This document shows, one piece after another, positions 25,226-34,489 of a stretch of 64,000 nt of DNA (positions within the stretch are counted from its first letter, which is position 1; the number at the start of each line of letters is the position of its first letter). The notes below the pieces were generated by a model. That model worked only from the letters and a program-made list of their open reading frames with translations. It did not search any database and had not been told where the DNA came from. The stretch is from Bacteroidaceae bacterium (GTDB lineage: Bacteria; Bacteroidota; Bacteroidia; Bacteroidales; Bacteroidaceae), in assembly GCA_024401185.1 (NCBI GenBank), contig JAKSLO010000001.1:2032-66031 (forward strand), given 5' to 3'. Made by a program: the position numbers and the translations under genes.

Positions 25226-26188
25226 TCAAAGATTTCCTTCTCCAAACAAAGAATTCACAAACTCTCTTCGGTTAAAGGGCTGAAGGTCTTCCATTCCTTC
25301 ACCCAAACCGATATAGCGAACGGGAATCTTAAACTGGTCGCTGATACCAATTACCACTCCACCCTTTGCAGTACCATCTAGTTTGGTAATGGCCATACTG
25401 CTCACCTGGGTAGCCTCGGTAAATTGCTTTGCCTGTTCAAAAGCATTCTGTCCAGTACTTCCATCCAGTACAAGCATCACGTCGTGGGGAGCATCGGGGA
25501 TGACCTTCTGCATCACACGCTTAATCTTTGACAGCTCGTCCATCAGACCCTTCTTGTTATGCAAACGGCCAGCGGTATCAATCAGCACTACGTCAGCGTC
25601 ATTAGCCACGGCGCTGCTCAAGGTGTCGAATGCAACGCTGGCAGGATCGCTACCCATTTGCTGCTTAACAACAGGGACTCCAACACGTTCGCCCCAGATT
25701 ACAATCTGCTCCACGGCGGCAGCACGGAAGGTGTCGGCTGCACCGAGGTAAACCTTCTTACCTGCTTTCTTGAACTGGTAAGCCAACTTACCGATGGTAG
25801 TGGTTTTACCTACACCATTCACACCCACAACCATGATTACATAAGGCTTCTTACCGGCAGGTATTTCATAACCTTCAGTATCTTCTGTATTATTTTCCGT
25901 CAGCAAAGAAGAAATCTCATCACGCAGGATGTTGTTAAGTTCGCTTGTACCCACATACTTGTCGCGAGCCACACGCTCCTCAATGCGTTTGATGATGTTG
26001 AGCGTGGTATCCACACCCACATCACTGGTCACCAGCACTTCCTCGAGGTTGTCGAGCACATCCTCATCCACCTTCGACTTGCCGGCCACAGCACGTGTGA
26101 TTTTCGAGAAGAAACTCTGTTTCGTCTTCTCCAACCCTTTGTCAAGGGTTTCCTTCTTACTCTTGCTGAAAAAACTAAATAAACCCAT
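25226..26188 (-). CDS. ftsY: Signal recognition particle receptor
   Basis: SRP GTPase motifs GVNGVGKTTTIGKLA, DTAGR and TKLDG. Confidence 0.95.
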   Translation of the reverse strand: MGLFSFFSKSKKETLDKGLEKTKQSFFSKITRAVAGKSKVDEDVLDNLEEVLVTSDVGVDTTLNIIKRIEERVARDKYVGTSELNNILRDEISSLLTENNTEDTEGYEIPAGKKPYVIMVVGVNGVGKTTTIGKLAYQFKKAGKKVYLGAADTFRAAAVEQIVIWGERVGVPVVKQQMGSDPASVAFDTLSSAVANDADVVLIDTAGRLHNKKGLMDELSKIKRVMQKVIPDAPHDVMLVLDGSTGQNAFEQAKQFTEATQVSSMAITKLDGTAKGGVVIGISDQFKIPVRYIGLGEGMEDLQPFNRREFVNSLFGEGNL

Positions 26189-26215
26189 ATTTACTGCATT
26201 ATCACAATTCGTTTA

Positions 26216-26223
26216 CAAAGATA
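26216..26223 (-). promoter_or_regulatory. -7 box upstream of ftsY
   Basis: The minus strand reads TATCTTTG about 28 nt upstream of the ATG. Confidence 0.45.
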
Positions 26224-26356
26224 GCACAAGATTTTCAAAAAACACGATGAACAGCGCAAAAAATATACCTCTTAGAGGCAAATAAGACAAAACACGCCAA
26301 ATCTTTTACAAAATAGCAAAAAATGTATTATAAGCATCACATACAACTACACACAA

Positions 26357-26384
26357 AAGAGACACCTTTAGAAAGATGTCTCTT
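26357..26384 (-). terminator. Hairpin after the DUF4295 gene
   Basis: AAGAGACA / TGTCTCTT 8-bp stem. The minus strand continues TTGTGTGT. Confidence 0.5.
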
Positions 26385-26423
26385 CTTATGTTTAACCCAC
26401 AAAGTGGAATTGCTTTCTTGCGA

Positions 26424-26582
26424 TTAGTTCTTGAAGAAATCCTTAACGGCTTCGTTGGGAACCATCTGCTCATCGAATGAGTAAGAACCAGTCTGAGGGT
26501 TCTTTACCATCTTGATAACCTTTGTATAGGAACGGCCATCGGTCTTGCCAGTCTGCAAGGTAGCCACAGTTTTCTTTGCCAT
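26424..26582 (-). CDS. Small DUF4295-like protein
   Basis: 52-aa ORF absent from the supplied track: MAKKTVATLQTGKTDGRSYTKVIKMVKNPQTGSYSFDEQMVPNEAVKDFFKN. It lies directly downstream of rpmG, as in other Bacteroidetes. Confidence 0.7.
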   Translation of the reverse strand: MAKKTVATLQTGKTDGRSYTKVIKMVKNPQTGSYSFDEQMVPNEAVKDFFKN

Positions 26583-26593
26583 AGTTCTCTATA

Positions 26594-26782
26594 TTATTTA
26601 ATTTCCTTATGAACGGTCATTCTCTTGAGGATGGGATTGTACTTCTTCAGTTCCAAACGCTCAGGAGTATTCTTTCTATTCTTTGTTGTGATGTAGCGTG
26701 ATGTGCCGGGCAGACCACTCTCCTTCATCTCGGTGCACTCCAGAATCACCTGGATTCTGTTGCCTTTAACCTTCTTTGCCAT
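26594..26782 (-). CDS. rpmG: 50S ribosomal protein L33
   Basis: 62 aa: [39 protein letters not shown]. Confidence 0.95.
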   Translation of the reverse strand: MAKKVKGNRIQVILECTEMKESGLPGTSRYITTKNRKNTPERLELKKYNPILKRMTVHKEIK

Positions 26783-26801
26783 AGCGTATTCTCTCCTCTA
26801 T

Positions 26802-27062
26802 TTAGCCGATTACTTTAATATTCTTCCATTCACAGTAGCCCTTAGCAACAGCCTGCTTCAAAGCAGCGTCGAGGCCCATCTTGTTGATCACACGAAGACC
26901 ATTGGCAGAGATGCTCAATGAAATCCAGCAATCCTGCTCTACATAGTAGAACTTCTTGCTAAACAGGTTAACATCGAAGTGACGCTTGGTGTGTCTTTTA
27001 GAGTGGGAAACATTGCAGCCAATCATGGCCTTTTTTCCGGTAATTTGACAAATCTTAGCCAT
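26802..27062 (-). CDS. rpmB: 50S ribosomal protein L28
   Basis: 86 aa: [33 protein letters not shown]. Confidence 0.95.
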   Translation of the reverse strand: MAKICQITGKKAMIGCNVSHSKRHTKRHFDVNLFSKKFYYVEQDCWISLSISANGLRVINKMGLDAALKQAVAKGYCEWKNIKVIG

Positions 27063-27114
27063 TTCTCTCTTTTTCTTTCTTTAGTTATTCAAATAACTTC
27101 CTTCAAACAGCGTG

Positions 27115-27146
27115 CAAAGGTACAACTATTTTTTCACTCCACCAAA
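27115..27146 (-). promoter_or_regulatory. Promoter of rpmB-rpmG
   Basis: The minus strand reads TTTG, 20 nt, then TACCTTTG. Confidence 0.65.
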
Positions 27147-27273
27147 CTTTTCAGCGAAAAAAGTGCTATTTTTATGACTCATGGGTATCACAGATGCACA
27201 GATACTACTTTTTGTGTTCACTTTTTGACACTTAACGCCTTCCGTCACTTCGCATTGCCTTGCTCATAGTGCC

Positions 27274-28296
27274 TTATACGGTTACCCTACTATAGGCAGG
27301 AAGTTCCATCGGACAGAAGTCCTTCTCCAGGAACTTGTAGTAACCTGTGATGGCAATCATCGCAGCATTGTCGGTGGTAAAGCTGAACTTGGGTATAAAC
27401 ACCTTCCATCCATAGCGATTGGCGTAGTCGTGAAAGGCGTTACGTAATCCTGTATTGGCCGACACGCCACCAGCCACAGCCACTTGTTTTATCTTCAGGT
27501 CCCTGGCAGCCAGACGTAGTTTCTTCATCAGAATGTCAACCACCGTATGCTCGAGCGAGGCGGCAAGGTCTTCCTTATGGTGCTCTATGAAGTCGGGATC
27601 TTCCTTCAGCCAATCGCGCAGAGAGTACAGGAAGGAGGTCTTAAGCCCGCTAAAGCTATAGTCATAGCCTTTGATATTGGGGCGCGAGAAGGTATATGCC
27701 TCCGGATTGCCCTGTCGTGCCAGACGGTCGATGATAGGACCACCAGGGTAGCCCATACCCATCACCTTGCTGCACTTATCTATGCATTCGCCTGCTGCAT
27801 CGTCAATGGTTTGGCCTATCACTTCCATGTCCTTGTACGAATGAACCAGTACAATCTGCGAGTTGCCACCACTTACCAGAAGGCAGAGGAAAGGAAACTC
27901 CGGCTTGTCGTTGTCGTCCTCGCTTTCCTTTACGAAATGAGCCAGTACATGTCCATGCAGATGGTTCACGTCCACCATCGGAATGCCAAGCGATGCTGCC
28001 ATACCCTTGGCAAAGCTGACACCCACGTGAAGCGAGCCCATCAAACCCGGGCCACGGGTGAAGGCAATGGCAGACAACTGTTCACGTTCCACACCAGCCT
28101 TCTTTAAGGCCTGATCCACCACGGGAACAATATTAAGTTGATGGGCACGACTTGCCAACTCGGGCACAACACCTCCATAGGCTTCATGTACTGCCTGCGA
28201 GGCTGTCACGTTGCTCAACAGTATTCCATCCTTGATGACTGCAGCCGACGTATCGTCGCAACTGCTCTCAATACCTAATATATATATACTATCCAT
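27274..28296 (-). CDS. tsaD: tRNA N6-adenosine threonylcarbamoyltransferase
   Basis: Starts MDSIYILGIESSCDDTSAAV and carries HLHGHVLAH and GGVSAN. I prefer the ATG at 28296 because the track start 28356 runs into map. Confidence 0.9.
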   Translation of the reverse strand: MDSIYILGIESSCDDTSAAVIKDGILLSNVTASQAVHEAYGGVVPELASRAHQLNIVPVVDQALKKAGVEREQLSAIAFTRGPGLMGSLHVGVSFAKGMAASLGIPMVDVNHLHGHVLAHFVKESEDDNDKPEFPFLCLLVSGGNSQIVLVHSYKDMEVIGQTIDDAAGECIDKCSKVMGMGYPGGPIIDRLARQGNPEAYTFSRPNIKGYDYSFSGLKTSFLYSLRDWLKEDPDFIEHHKEDLAASLEHTVVDILMKKLRLAARDLKIKQVAVAGGVSANTGLRNAFHDYANRYGWKVFIPKFSFTTDNAAMIAITGYYKFLEKDFCPMELPAYSRVTV

Positions 28297-28301
28297 CACT
28301 A

Positions 28302-29180
28302 TCAATGCGTCAAAATCTCCACTCCATCTTCTGTCATGAGATATGTGTGCTCCCACTGGGCGCTGGGCAGACCGTCCTCGGTGAGAACAATCCAGCCAGT
28401 CTCATCCTCCTCATCCTCGCACACATCATAGTCGCCCATGTTGATCATGGGTTCTATGGTAAATGTCATGCCAGGCACCAGGAGCATACCTGTACCAGGC
28501 TTTCCATAATGTTCCACATCTGGTTCTTCGTGGAATTTGCAGCCTACCCCATGTCCGCACAGGTCGCGAACCACGCTGAAGCCGTTGGCGTGTGCCTGCT
28601 TTGCAATCTCATGTCCCAGGTCGCCCACAAAGACGTAGGGCTTCTCGCACACTTTCTCGCCAATCTTCAGACACTCCCATGCCACATCCACCAGTTTCTG
28701 GTTTTCAGGACTTGTCTTGCCAATCACAAACATACGACTGGCATCGGCATAGTAGCCATCCACTATCGTGGTGCAATCCACGTTAATGATGTCACCCTCT
28801 TCCAGTACTTCCCAGTCACAGGGAATGCCATGGCACACCACATCGTTGATACTGGTGCAGCAGCTGTTGGGGAAGCCCTCATAATTGAGGGGGGCAGGAA
28901 TGCCACCATGCTTCGTGGTGAACTCATACACCATCTTGTCTATCTCAAGGGTATTCATACCCTCCTTGATGTGCTCTGCCACATAGTCAAGCACGGCAGT
29001 ATTAAGCACGCCAGCCTTACGAATGCCCTCAATCTGCTGTGGCGTCCTGATAAGTCGGGGACGAGGCACCAGTTTCCCTTGTGCCTGTGCCTCAAGTATC
29101 TTCAAGTCCATCTCGGTGGGCTCAACGCCTGCAGGCACCACCCACCGTGGCTTTTCTTTCTTCTTTTTCTGTTTAATCAT
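28302..29180 (-). CDS. map: Type I methionine aminopeptidase
   Basis: CHGIP, DCTTIVDGYYADASRMF, HGVG, EPMI and EHT metal-ligand pattern. I prefer the ATG at 29180 because 29207 is TTG. Confidence 0.9.
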   Translation of the reverse strand: MIKQKKKKEKPRWVVPAGVEPTEMDLKILEAQAQGKLVPRPRLIRTPQQIEGIRKAGVLNTAVLDYVAEHIKEGMNTLEIDKMVYEFTTKHGGIPAPLNYEGFPNSCCTSINDVVCHGIPCDWEVLEEGDIINVDCTTIVDGYYADASRMFVIGKTSPENQKLVDVAWECLKIGEKVCEKPYVFVGDLGHEIAKQAHANGFSVVRDLCGHGVGCKFHEEPDVEHYGKPGTGMLLVPGMTFTIEPMINMGDYDVCEDEEDETGWIVLTEDGLPSAQWEHTYLMTEDGVEILTH

Positions 29181-29230
29181 TTTTTTCAAGTTTCGCAGTT
29201 GACCCAAAGGGTGGAAACTTCAGTTATACT

Positions 29231-29330
29231 AACTATGAACTATGAACTCATAACTATGAACTACAAACTCACAACTATGAACTACGAACTCACAACTATG
29301 AACTACGAACTCATAACTATGAACTACGCA
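29231..29330. repeat. Tandem 21-nt repeat, 4.75 copies (AACTATGAACTACGAACTCAC)
   Basis: Units lie at 29231, 29252, 29273, 29294 and 29315(partial). The array fills the gap between the Na/Pi transporter stop and the map start. Confidence 0.95.
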
Positions 29331-31028
29331 TCACCATTCTTTCTTCTCGCGAGTAGCCTGCACCACATTGATGACATAGTCACCCAGCTTCTCACACTCC
29401 GAGATGATGTCGATGTAGAACACACCAATCTGGTAGTCGTAAACCTTGTTGTTGATATCCAACATGTTCTGGTTCTTCAGCTGAGTACGGTAGTTGTTGA
29501 TCTCATGCTCTATGTTATAGCTTACATTGAAATCCACATACTGATGCTCACCACGTGCGATGACGATGTTCATCTGTTCCAGCGCACTACCCGTCAGACT
29601 CATCATGTTATGTATATGCTCATACTGCTTCTCGGTGAAGTCCTCATTAGCATAGTTGCGACGACGGTTCATCGTACGACCCAGATTGAAGCAGCTGTCG
29701 CCGATGCTCTCCAGTTCGCTGACCTCACGCAGCATACGCTGTATGGCACCCTTCGACTCAGCACTCAACCTACCCTCGCTCACCTTATTGAGGTAATTGG
29801 CAATCTCGATTTCCATATTGTCGGTAATGCTCTCATACTTCTCAATACGGCTGTAAAGCTTATTGAAATCCTCGTCCTTCTCGGTGTGCAGCAACTCGCG
29901 CACCAAGGTAAACATCTTCTCGCAACGCTGCCCAAAGAGCAGTATCTCCTTACGAGCCTCAAGGATGCTTAACTCTGAAGTACTCATCAAACCACCCGAG
30001 ATAAAACGCAGACGGCTCTCTTCCTCCTCACCATTTTTCTTGTCAGGTATGATCATGGTAACCACACGTTCCATAGGCTTCACGAACCAGATAAGAATCA
30101 GCACATTCGCCACGTTGAACATGGTATGGAATGCAGCCAGAACCATCGTAAGCATGCTGCCATCAATAGACTCGCTATAGGGGTCAACACCCACCAAATC
30201 GCAAATGGCATCCACGAAGATGGTAAAGATGCAAAGCACCCAAACCACACCAAAGAGGTTGAATATCAAGTGCGCCATAGCGGCACGGCGAGCCTGCGTG
30301 CTGGCAGACAGAGCCACCACGTTTGAGGTAATAGTGGTACCGATATTCTCACCCATAACCAAGGCAATACCCATGTGGATGTCGAGCACTCCACTAGAAC
30401 AGAGTGTCATGGTAATAGCCATGATGGCAGCCGAAGACTGTACGCAGCAAGTTAGCAAACCGCCCACCAGCAAGTACAGCAGATAACTGCCAAAACCCCA
30501 TTGGCTGGTTGACATGAAGAATTCCTTTACCGAATCTATCTTGTCGAGCTGCATTTCGGCGGCATTATCCTTCAGGGTTGTCAAACCCAGCAGCATCAAC
30601 GCCAAACCCATGATGAACTCACCTAAGTTGATATTCTTCTTACTGTAGATGAGAACGATAGACACGAATATAGCCGAATAGATGACATAGCGCATATTGA
30701 AACCGCTACCTGCCACCACCATAATCCAGGCAGTAAAGGTAGTACCAATGTTGGCACCCATAATAACCGAGATAGCTTGTGCAAGCGTCAGCAAGCCAGC
30801 CGACACAAAGCTTACCGTCATGACGGTGGTTGCCGTAGAAGACTGAATGGCAGCGGTGATAAACGAACCCGTCAGCAAGCCGGTGAAGCGGTTGGTGGTC
30901 ATTGTACCCAGCACGTTGCGCAGTTTGGCACCAGCCATTTTCTGAACGCCCTCACTCATTACCTTCATACCATACATCAGCATGGCTACAGAACCAATGA
31001 GCGTTAGAATATGCAATAAGTCAATCAT
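29331..31028 (-). CDS. Na/Pi cotransporter family protein with PhoU-like C-terminal domain
   Basis: Duplicated QSSTATTVM / QSSAAIMAIT motifs in a multi-TM N-terminal half, and a helical C-terminal half. Confidence 0.85.
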   Translation of the reverse strand: MIDLLHILTLIGSVAMLMYGMKVMSEGVQKMAGAKLRNVLGTMTTNRFTGLLTGSFITAAIQSSTATTVMTVSFVSAGLLTLAQAISVIMGANIGTTFTAWIMVVAGSGFNMRYVIYSAIFVSIVLIYSKKNINLGEFIMGLALMLLGLTTLKDNAAEMQLDKIDSVKEFFMSTSQWGFGSYLLYLLVGGLLTCCVQSSAAIMAITMTLCSSGVLDIHMGIALVMGENIGTTITSNVVALSASTQARRAAMAHLIFNLFGVVWVLCIFTIFVDAICDLVGVDPYSESIDGSMLTMVLAAFHTMFNVANVLILIWFVKPMERVVTMIIPDKKNGEEEESRLRFISGGLMSTSELSILEARKEILLFGQRCEKMFTLVRELLHTEKDEDFNKLYSRIEKYESITDNMEIEIANYLNKVSEGRLSAESKGAIQRMLREVSELESIGDSCFNLGRTMNRRRNYANEDFTEKQYEHIHNMMSLTGSALEQMNIVIARGEHQYVDFNVSYNIEHEINNYRTQLKNQNMLDINNKVYDYQIGVFYIDIISECEKLGDYVINVVQATREKKEW

Positions 31029-31067
31029 ACAAAAAAATGGTTTAGTTATACATCCTGTTCGCTAATA

Positions 31068-31739
31068 CTACTTAAAAGTAACGTTCATTGCCTGAAGATA
31101 CTGCTTGGTACCCTCATCATAGTTGAAGTAGATGCTGGCGCTATATTCGCACGAGTTGCTATCATACTTCAGTTCCACGTATGCATTAGCCAGGTCATAG
31201 CTCTGGTTCTTGTAGGTCAGCTTACCCTCGGTGACGGTACTCTGCTCGCTCAAGCCAAACACACCATTCGTAGCCACCAGGTTGGTGAGCGTAACCTGAC
31301 TCATGGTAGCATCGCCGGCAGTAATGGTAGGCATGGTGATGCCTGTAGATGTACTGCCCACGGTGAGGGTGGTAGTTGCATTGCTCTTTGTCACCAGCTT
31401 GCCAGTATTTTCATATTGCTTGGCACTCTTGTTGTACACAAGCAGCTGACCGGTATAGGTACCCGTGTATTGCTGGGTAGTACCGCGCTGTGCACCGCCA
31501 CCCTGCAGCATGTTGCCCACCACCTGGGTAAGAACAGTTGCACCAGCGGTAATCAACTGCGACTTGGTAGATGACGAACCGGTATAGCCAGCAAGTGTCT
31601 CGGTCGTACCGCCAGCAAGAATAGATGCACTCGTGGTCAGCAGGTCACCCAATATATTGCCACCACTACCACAACTTACACTTGTCACACTCATGCCGAC
31701 AATGGCAAAACCCATGCAAAGATTCTTAATACTTTTCAT
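31068..31739 (-). CDS. Hypothetical lipoprotein
   Basis: MKSIKNLCMGFAIVGMSVTSVSCGSG signal plus lipobox. The mature part is Thr/Gly-rich. I prefer the ATG at 31739 because the track start 31766 is TTG. Confidence 0.7.
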   Translation of the reverse strand: MKSIKNLCMGFAIVGMSVTSVSCGSGGNILGDLLTTSASILAGGTTETLAGYTGSSSTKSQLITAGATVLTQVVGNMLQGGGAQRGTTQQYTGTYTGQLLVYNKSAKQYENTGKLVTKSNATTTLTVGSTSTGITMPTITAGDATMSQVTLTNLVATNGVFGLSEQSTVTEGKLTYKNQSYDLANAYVELKYDSNSCEYSASIYFNYDEGTKQYLQAMNVTFK

Positions 31740-31797
31740 ATCGTTACTATTTAAATTTATATTCAATATTCAATTCCAAGCAAGTGGACATAAGCCA

Positions 31798-31830
31798 CAC
31801 AACTATGCACTCATAACTATGAACTACGCA
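31798..31830. repeat. Dispersed copy of the AACTATGAACT repeat family
   Basis: CACAACTATGCACTCATAACTATGAACTACGCA. It lies just 3' of the permease gene. Confidence 0.85.
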
Positions 31831-31847
31831 CTACCAAGAGGTGCCTT

Positions 31848-33092
31848 TCACTCAAACCTGATGCTCTTGGCCGGATGGATGCGGCTTACAAGATAGCTGG
31901 GCAGTATAAGCACCAGGAACGAGATGAGCAACGTGCCTACATTGAGCAGCACCAGGAAGAGCCAATCCATCTCTACCGGTACCGTATCTACATAATACGT
32001 TTCCGCATTAAGATGGGCAAATCCCCACACCTGCTGCGCCAGCACCAGCGCAAAGCCTGCCACATTTCCCCAGAAGATACCTTTTAGTATAATAAAGGAA
32101 GAGAAATACAGGAACAGATGGCGAAGGCGGGCATTGGAAGCTCCAAGAGCCTTCATGATGCCAATGAACTGCGTACGCTCCAGTATGATGATGAGCAAAC
32201 CGCTGATCATGGTAAACGCAGCCACCGCAATCATAAGTCCCAGGATGACCCAGATGTTCGTATCGAGCAAGGTGAGCCATGAGAAGATGCCCGGATAGAG
32301 GTCGCGAATGGTGGGCGCGGTGTACTGTGCCCCATAATAGTCGCGCGAACTCTTCAGATAGCTTGCCACACGACCTGCCACGAGAGGAATGTCCTCCAGA
32401 CGGGCAACCGTCAGTTCGGCTCCCGAATACTGGTCACTGGCATATCCCGACAACCTGCGCGTGGTGTGCATATCGGTGAATATTATCGACTTGTCGAACT
32501 CATTCATGTGCGTGGCATAGATGGCACTCACGGTAAACCTGCGCGCCCTGACGTTGCCGTCGAAGAAATAGGCATACACCTTGCTGCCCACGGTCAGCTT
32601 GAGTTGCTTGGCCAGCAGGCGAGAGATGACAATGCGCTGCGAACTGGCAGAGTCACTAAAAGCATGAGCCTCTCCTTCCACCAAGTGCTCCTTGAGGAAA
32701 GAGAGGTCATAATCCTTGTCAAGGCCTTTCAGTACCACACCCTGAAACGACTCGTCGGTTTTCAGCATACCCGCCTGGTTGCAAAACCGTTGCACATGCG
32801 CCACACCCTTGATGTCACGTAGCGTGCTCATCATTTCATCGTCCAGCACGATGGGGTGTTGCTCCAGGTCCAGCTGGTAGTTATAGTTCAGCACCTGAAT
32901 ATGGCCGCCCATGCCCATCACCTTGTCCTGCACCTCGCGCTTGAAACCAAGCACCACACAGACGGAGATAATCATGACGGCTACTCCCAGCATAATGCCG
33001 AAAGTAGCAATGCGTATAGCGGGACGGGAGACGCGCTTCACATCTCCCCCATGGCTATACAGCCTGCGAGCCATGTACCAGGCAAGATTCAT
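31848..33092 (-). CDS. FtsX-like ABC transporter permease (LolC/E-type)
   Basis: N-terminal TM, a periplasmic domain of about 230 aa and three C-terminal TMs. Its start overlaps the upstream stop (TGATG). Confidence 0.8.
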   Translation of the reverse strand: MNLAWYMARRLYSHGGDVKRVSRPAIRIATFGIMLGVAVMIISVCVVLGFKREVQDKVMGMGGHIQVLNYNYQLDLEQHPIVLDDEMMSTLRDIKGVAHVQRFCNQAGMLKTDESFQGVVLKGLDKDYDLSFLKEHLVEGEAHAFSDSASSQRIVISRLLAKQLKLTVGSKVYAYFFDGNVRARRFTVSAIYATHMNEFDKSIIFTDMHTTRRLSGYASDQYSGAELTVARLEDIPLVAGRVASYLKSSRDYYGAQYTAPTIRDLYPGIFSWLTLLDTNIWVILGLMIAVAAFTMISGLLIIILERTQFIGIMKALGASNARLRHLFLYFSSFIILKGIFWGNVAGFALVLAQQVWGFAHLNAETYYVDTVPVEMDWLFLVLLNVGTLLISFLVLILPSYLVSRIHPAKSIRFE

Positions 33093-34297
33093 CAGTTTGT
33101 TATTGTATGTCCGGGATAAGCCTCAAGAGCCTTACGAAGCACGAAGAGTGCGCGGGTAAGGTCCTCCTTCTTCAACACGTATGCCAGACGCACCTGGTCG
33201 CGACCTGCTCCGGGAGTGGTATAGAAACCAGCGGCAGGAGCCATCATCACGGTCTCACCCTCGTAGTTAAACTCGCTCAGGCACCAGGCACAGAATGCTT
33301 CTGCATCATCTACGGGCAACTTGGCCACCGTATAGAATGCACCCATGGGGATGGGGCTGTACACGCCAGGGATGCGGTTCAGACCGTCTATCAGGCACTT
33401 ACGGCGCTCCACGTACTCGTCGTAGATCTCGCGGGCATATTCATCGGGAGCATCAAGCGAAGCCTCGGCTGCAATCTGGCCAATCAATGGGGGCGACAGA
33501 CGAGCCTGACAGAACTTCATCACAGCCTTTCTCACCTCCTTGTTCTTGGTGATGAGGGCACCGATGCGGATGCCACACTCCGAGTAGCGCTTCGACACGC
33601 TGTCGATGAGCACCACGTTGTTCTCAATGTCCTCCAGATGGCAGGCTGAGATGTAGGGCGAACCGGTATAGATGAACTCACGATACACCTCGTCCGAGAA
33701 GAGGTAGAGGTCGTATTTCTTCACCAGGTCGCGAATCTGGTTCATCTCGCGACGGGTATAAAGATAGCCCGTGGGATTGTTGGGGTTGCAGATCAGGATG
33801 GCACGGGTACGCTCGTTGATGAGCTCCTCAAACTTCTCCACCTTGGGCAGCGAGAAGCCTTCCTCAATCGTGGTGGCAATGGTGCGTATCACCGCACCTG
33901 CCGAGATGGCAAACGCCATGTAGTTGGCATAGGCGGGCTCAGGCACGATAATCTCGTCACCGGGGTTCAGGCACGCCAAAAACGAGAAGAGCACAGCCTC
34001 ACTACCACCGCTGGTGATGATGATGTCATCGGGGTCGAGGTTGATGTTGTACGACTTGTAATAGCCTACAAGCTTCTTACGATAGCTCAGATAGCCCTGA
34101 GAGGGACTGTACTCAAGAATCTTACGGTCGATGTTACGAATCGCATCAAGAGCCGCTTCTGGTGTGGGAAGGTCGGGCTGACCAATATTTAGGTGATAGA
34201 CATGTACACCACGCTCCTTGGCAGCAAAAGCCAAGGGGGCTAACTTTCGAATGGGCGATTCCGGCATTTCATGGCCGCGAACAGATATTTTTGGCAT
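33092..34297 (-). CDS. PLP-dependent aminotransferase, class I
   Basis: ESPIRKL start, CNPNNPTGY, and the PLP-lysine context SVSKRY. Confidence 0.85.
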   Translation of the reverse strand: MPKISVRGHEMPESPIRKLAPLAFAAKERGVHVYHLNIGQPDLPTPEAALDAIRNIDRKILEYSPSQGYLSYRKKLVGYYKSYNINLDPDDIIITSGGSEAVLFSFLACLNPGDEIIVPEPAYANYMAFAISAGAVIRTIATTIEEGFSLPKVEKFEELINERTRAILICNPNNPTGYLYTRREMNQIRDLVKKYDLYLFSDEVYREFIYTGSPYISACHLEDIENNVVLIDSVSKRYSECGIRIGALITKNKEVRKAVMKFCQARLSPPLIGQIAAEASLDAPDEYAREIYDEYVERRKCLIDGLNRIPGVYSPIPMGAFYTVAKLPVDDAEAFCAWCLSEFNYEGETVMMAPAAGFYTTPGAGRDQVRLAYVLKKEDLTRALFVLRKALEAYPGHTITN

Positions 34298-34332
34298 TTT
34301 TTATATTTTTATACTTATAAACTTTTAGCATG

Positions 34333-34364
34333 CAAAGTTAATCATAAGACGTTAAAGAAACAAA
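34333..34364 (-). promoter_or_regulatory. Promoter of the aminotransferase operon
   Basis: The minus strand reads TTTG, 20 nt, then TAACTTTG. Confidence 0.6.
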
Positions 34365-34411
34365 AAAAATGCAAAGAATTAACGATGACTAATTAAAAAA
34401 GAAGTAAAACT

Positions 34412-34442
34412 TTTGCTTTTTGCGCAAATATGAGTAAATTTG
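34412..34442 (+). promoter_or_regulatory. Promoter of the kinase-like gene
   Basis: TTTG, 19 nt, then TAAATTTG. The -7 box overlaps the track ATG at 34430. Confidence 0.6.
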
Positions 34443-34489
34443 CACATAGGATTATTTCGGAAAACAGGGATACACACAACCAAATCATT

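Noticed and set aside
23879-25381. 500-aa plus-strand ORF overlapping rimO and ftsY
   Set aside because: It is a shadow of two well-supported minus-strand genes, and it spans their intergenic gap, which real genes would not.
29231-29330. CRISPR array
   Set aside because: The repeats are directly tandem with no spacers, there are no cas genes nearby, and the unit is 21 nt.
28305-29972. 555-aa plus-strand ORF including the TMNYELITMNY repeat translation
   Set aside because: It is antisense to map and the Na/Pi transporter, both of which have strong motifs. The open frame through the 21-nt array exists only because the period is a multiple of 3 without stops.
34430-34489. Track start codon of the kinase-like gene at 34430. 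The upstream starts 51933 (dnaN), 45378 (P-II-like), 28356 (tsaD) and 51870 (DUF3127) raise similar doubts.
   Set aside because: 34430 and 51933 lie inside or right at the predicted -7 promoter box. 45378 lies inside a strong hairpin, and 28356 overlaps map. The downstream ATGs give N-termini typical of the families. 51870 remains possible.
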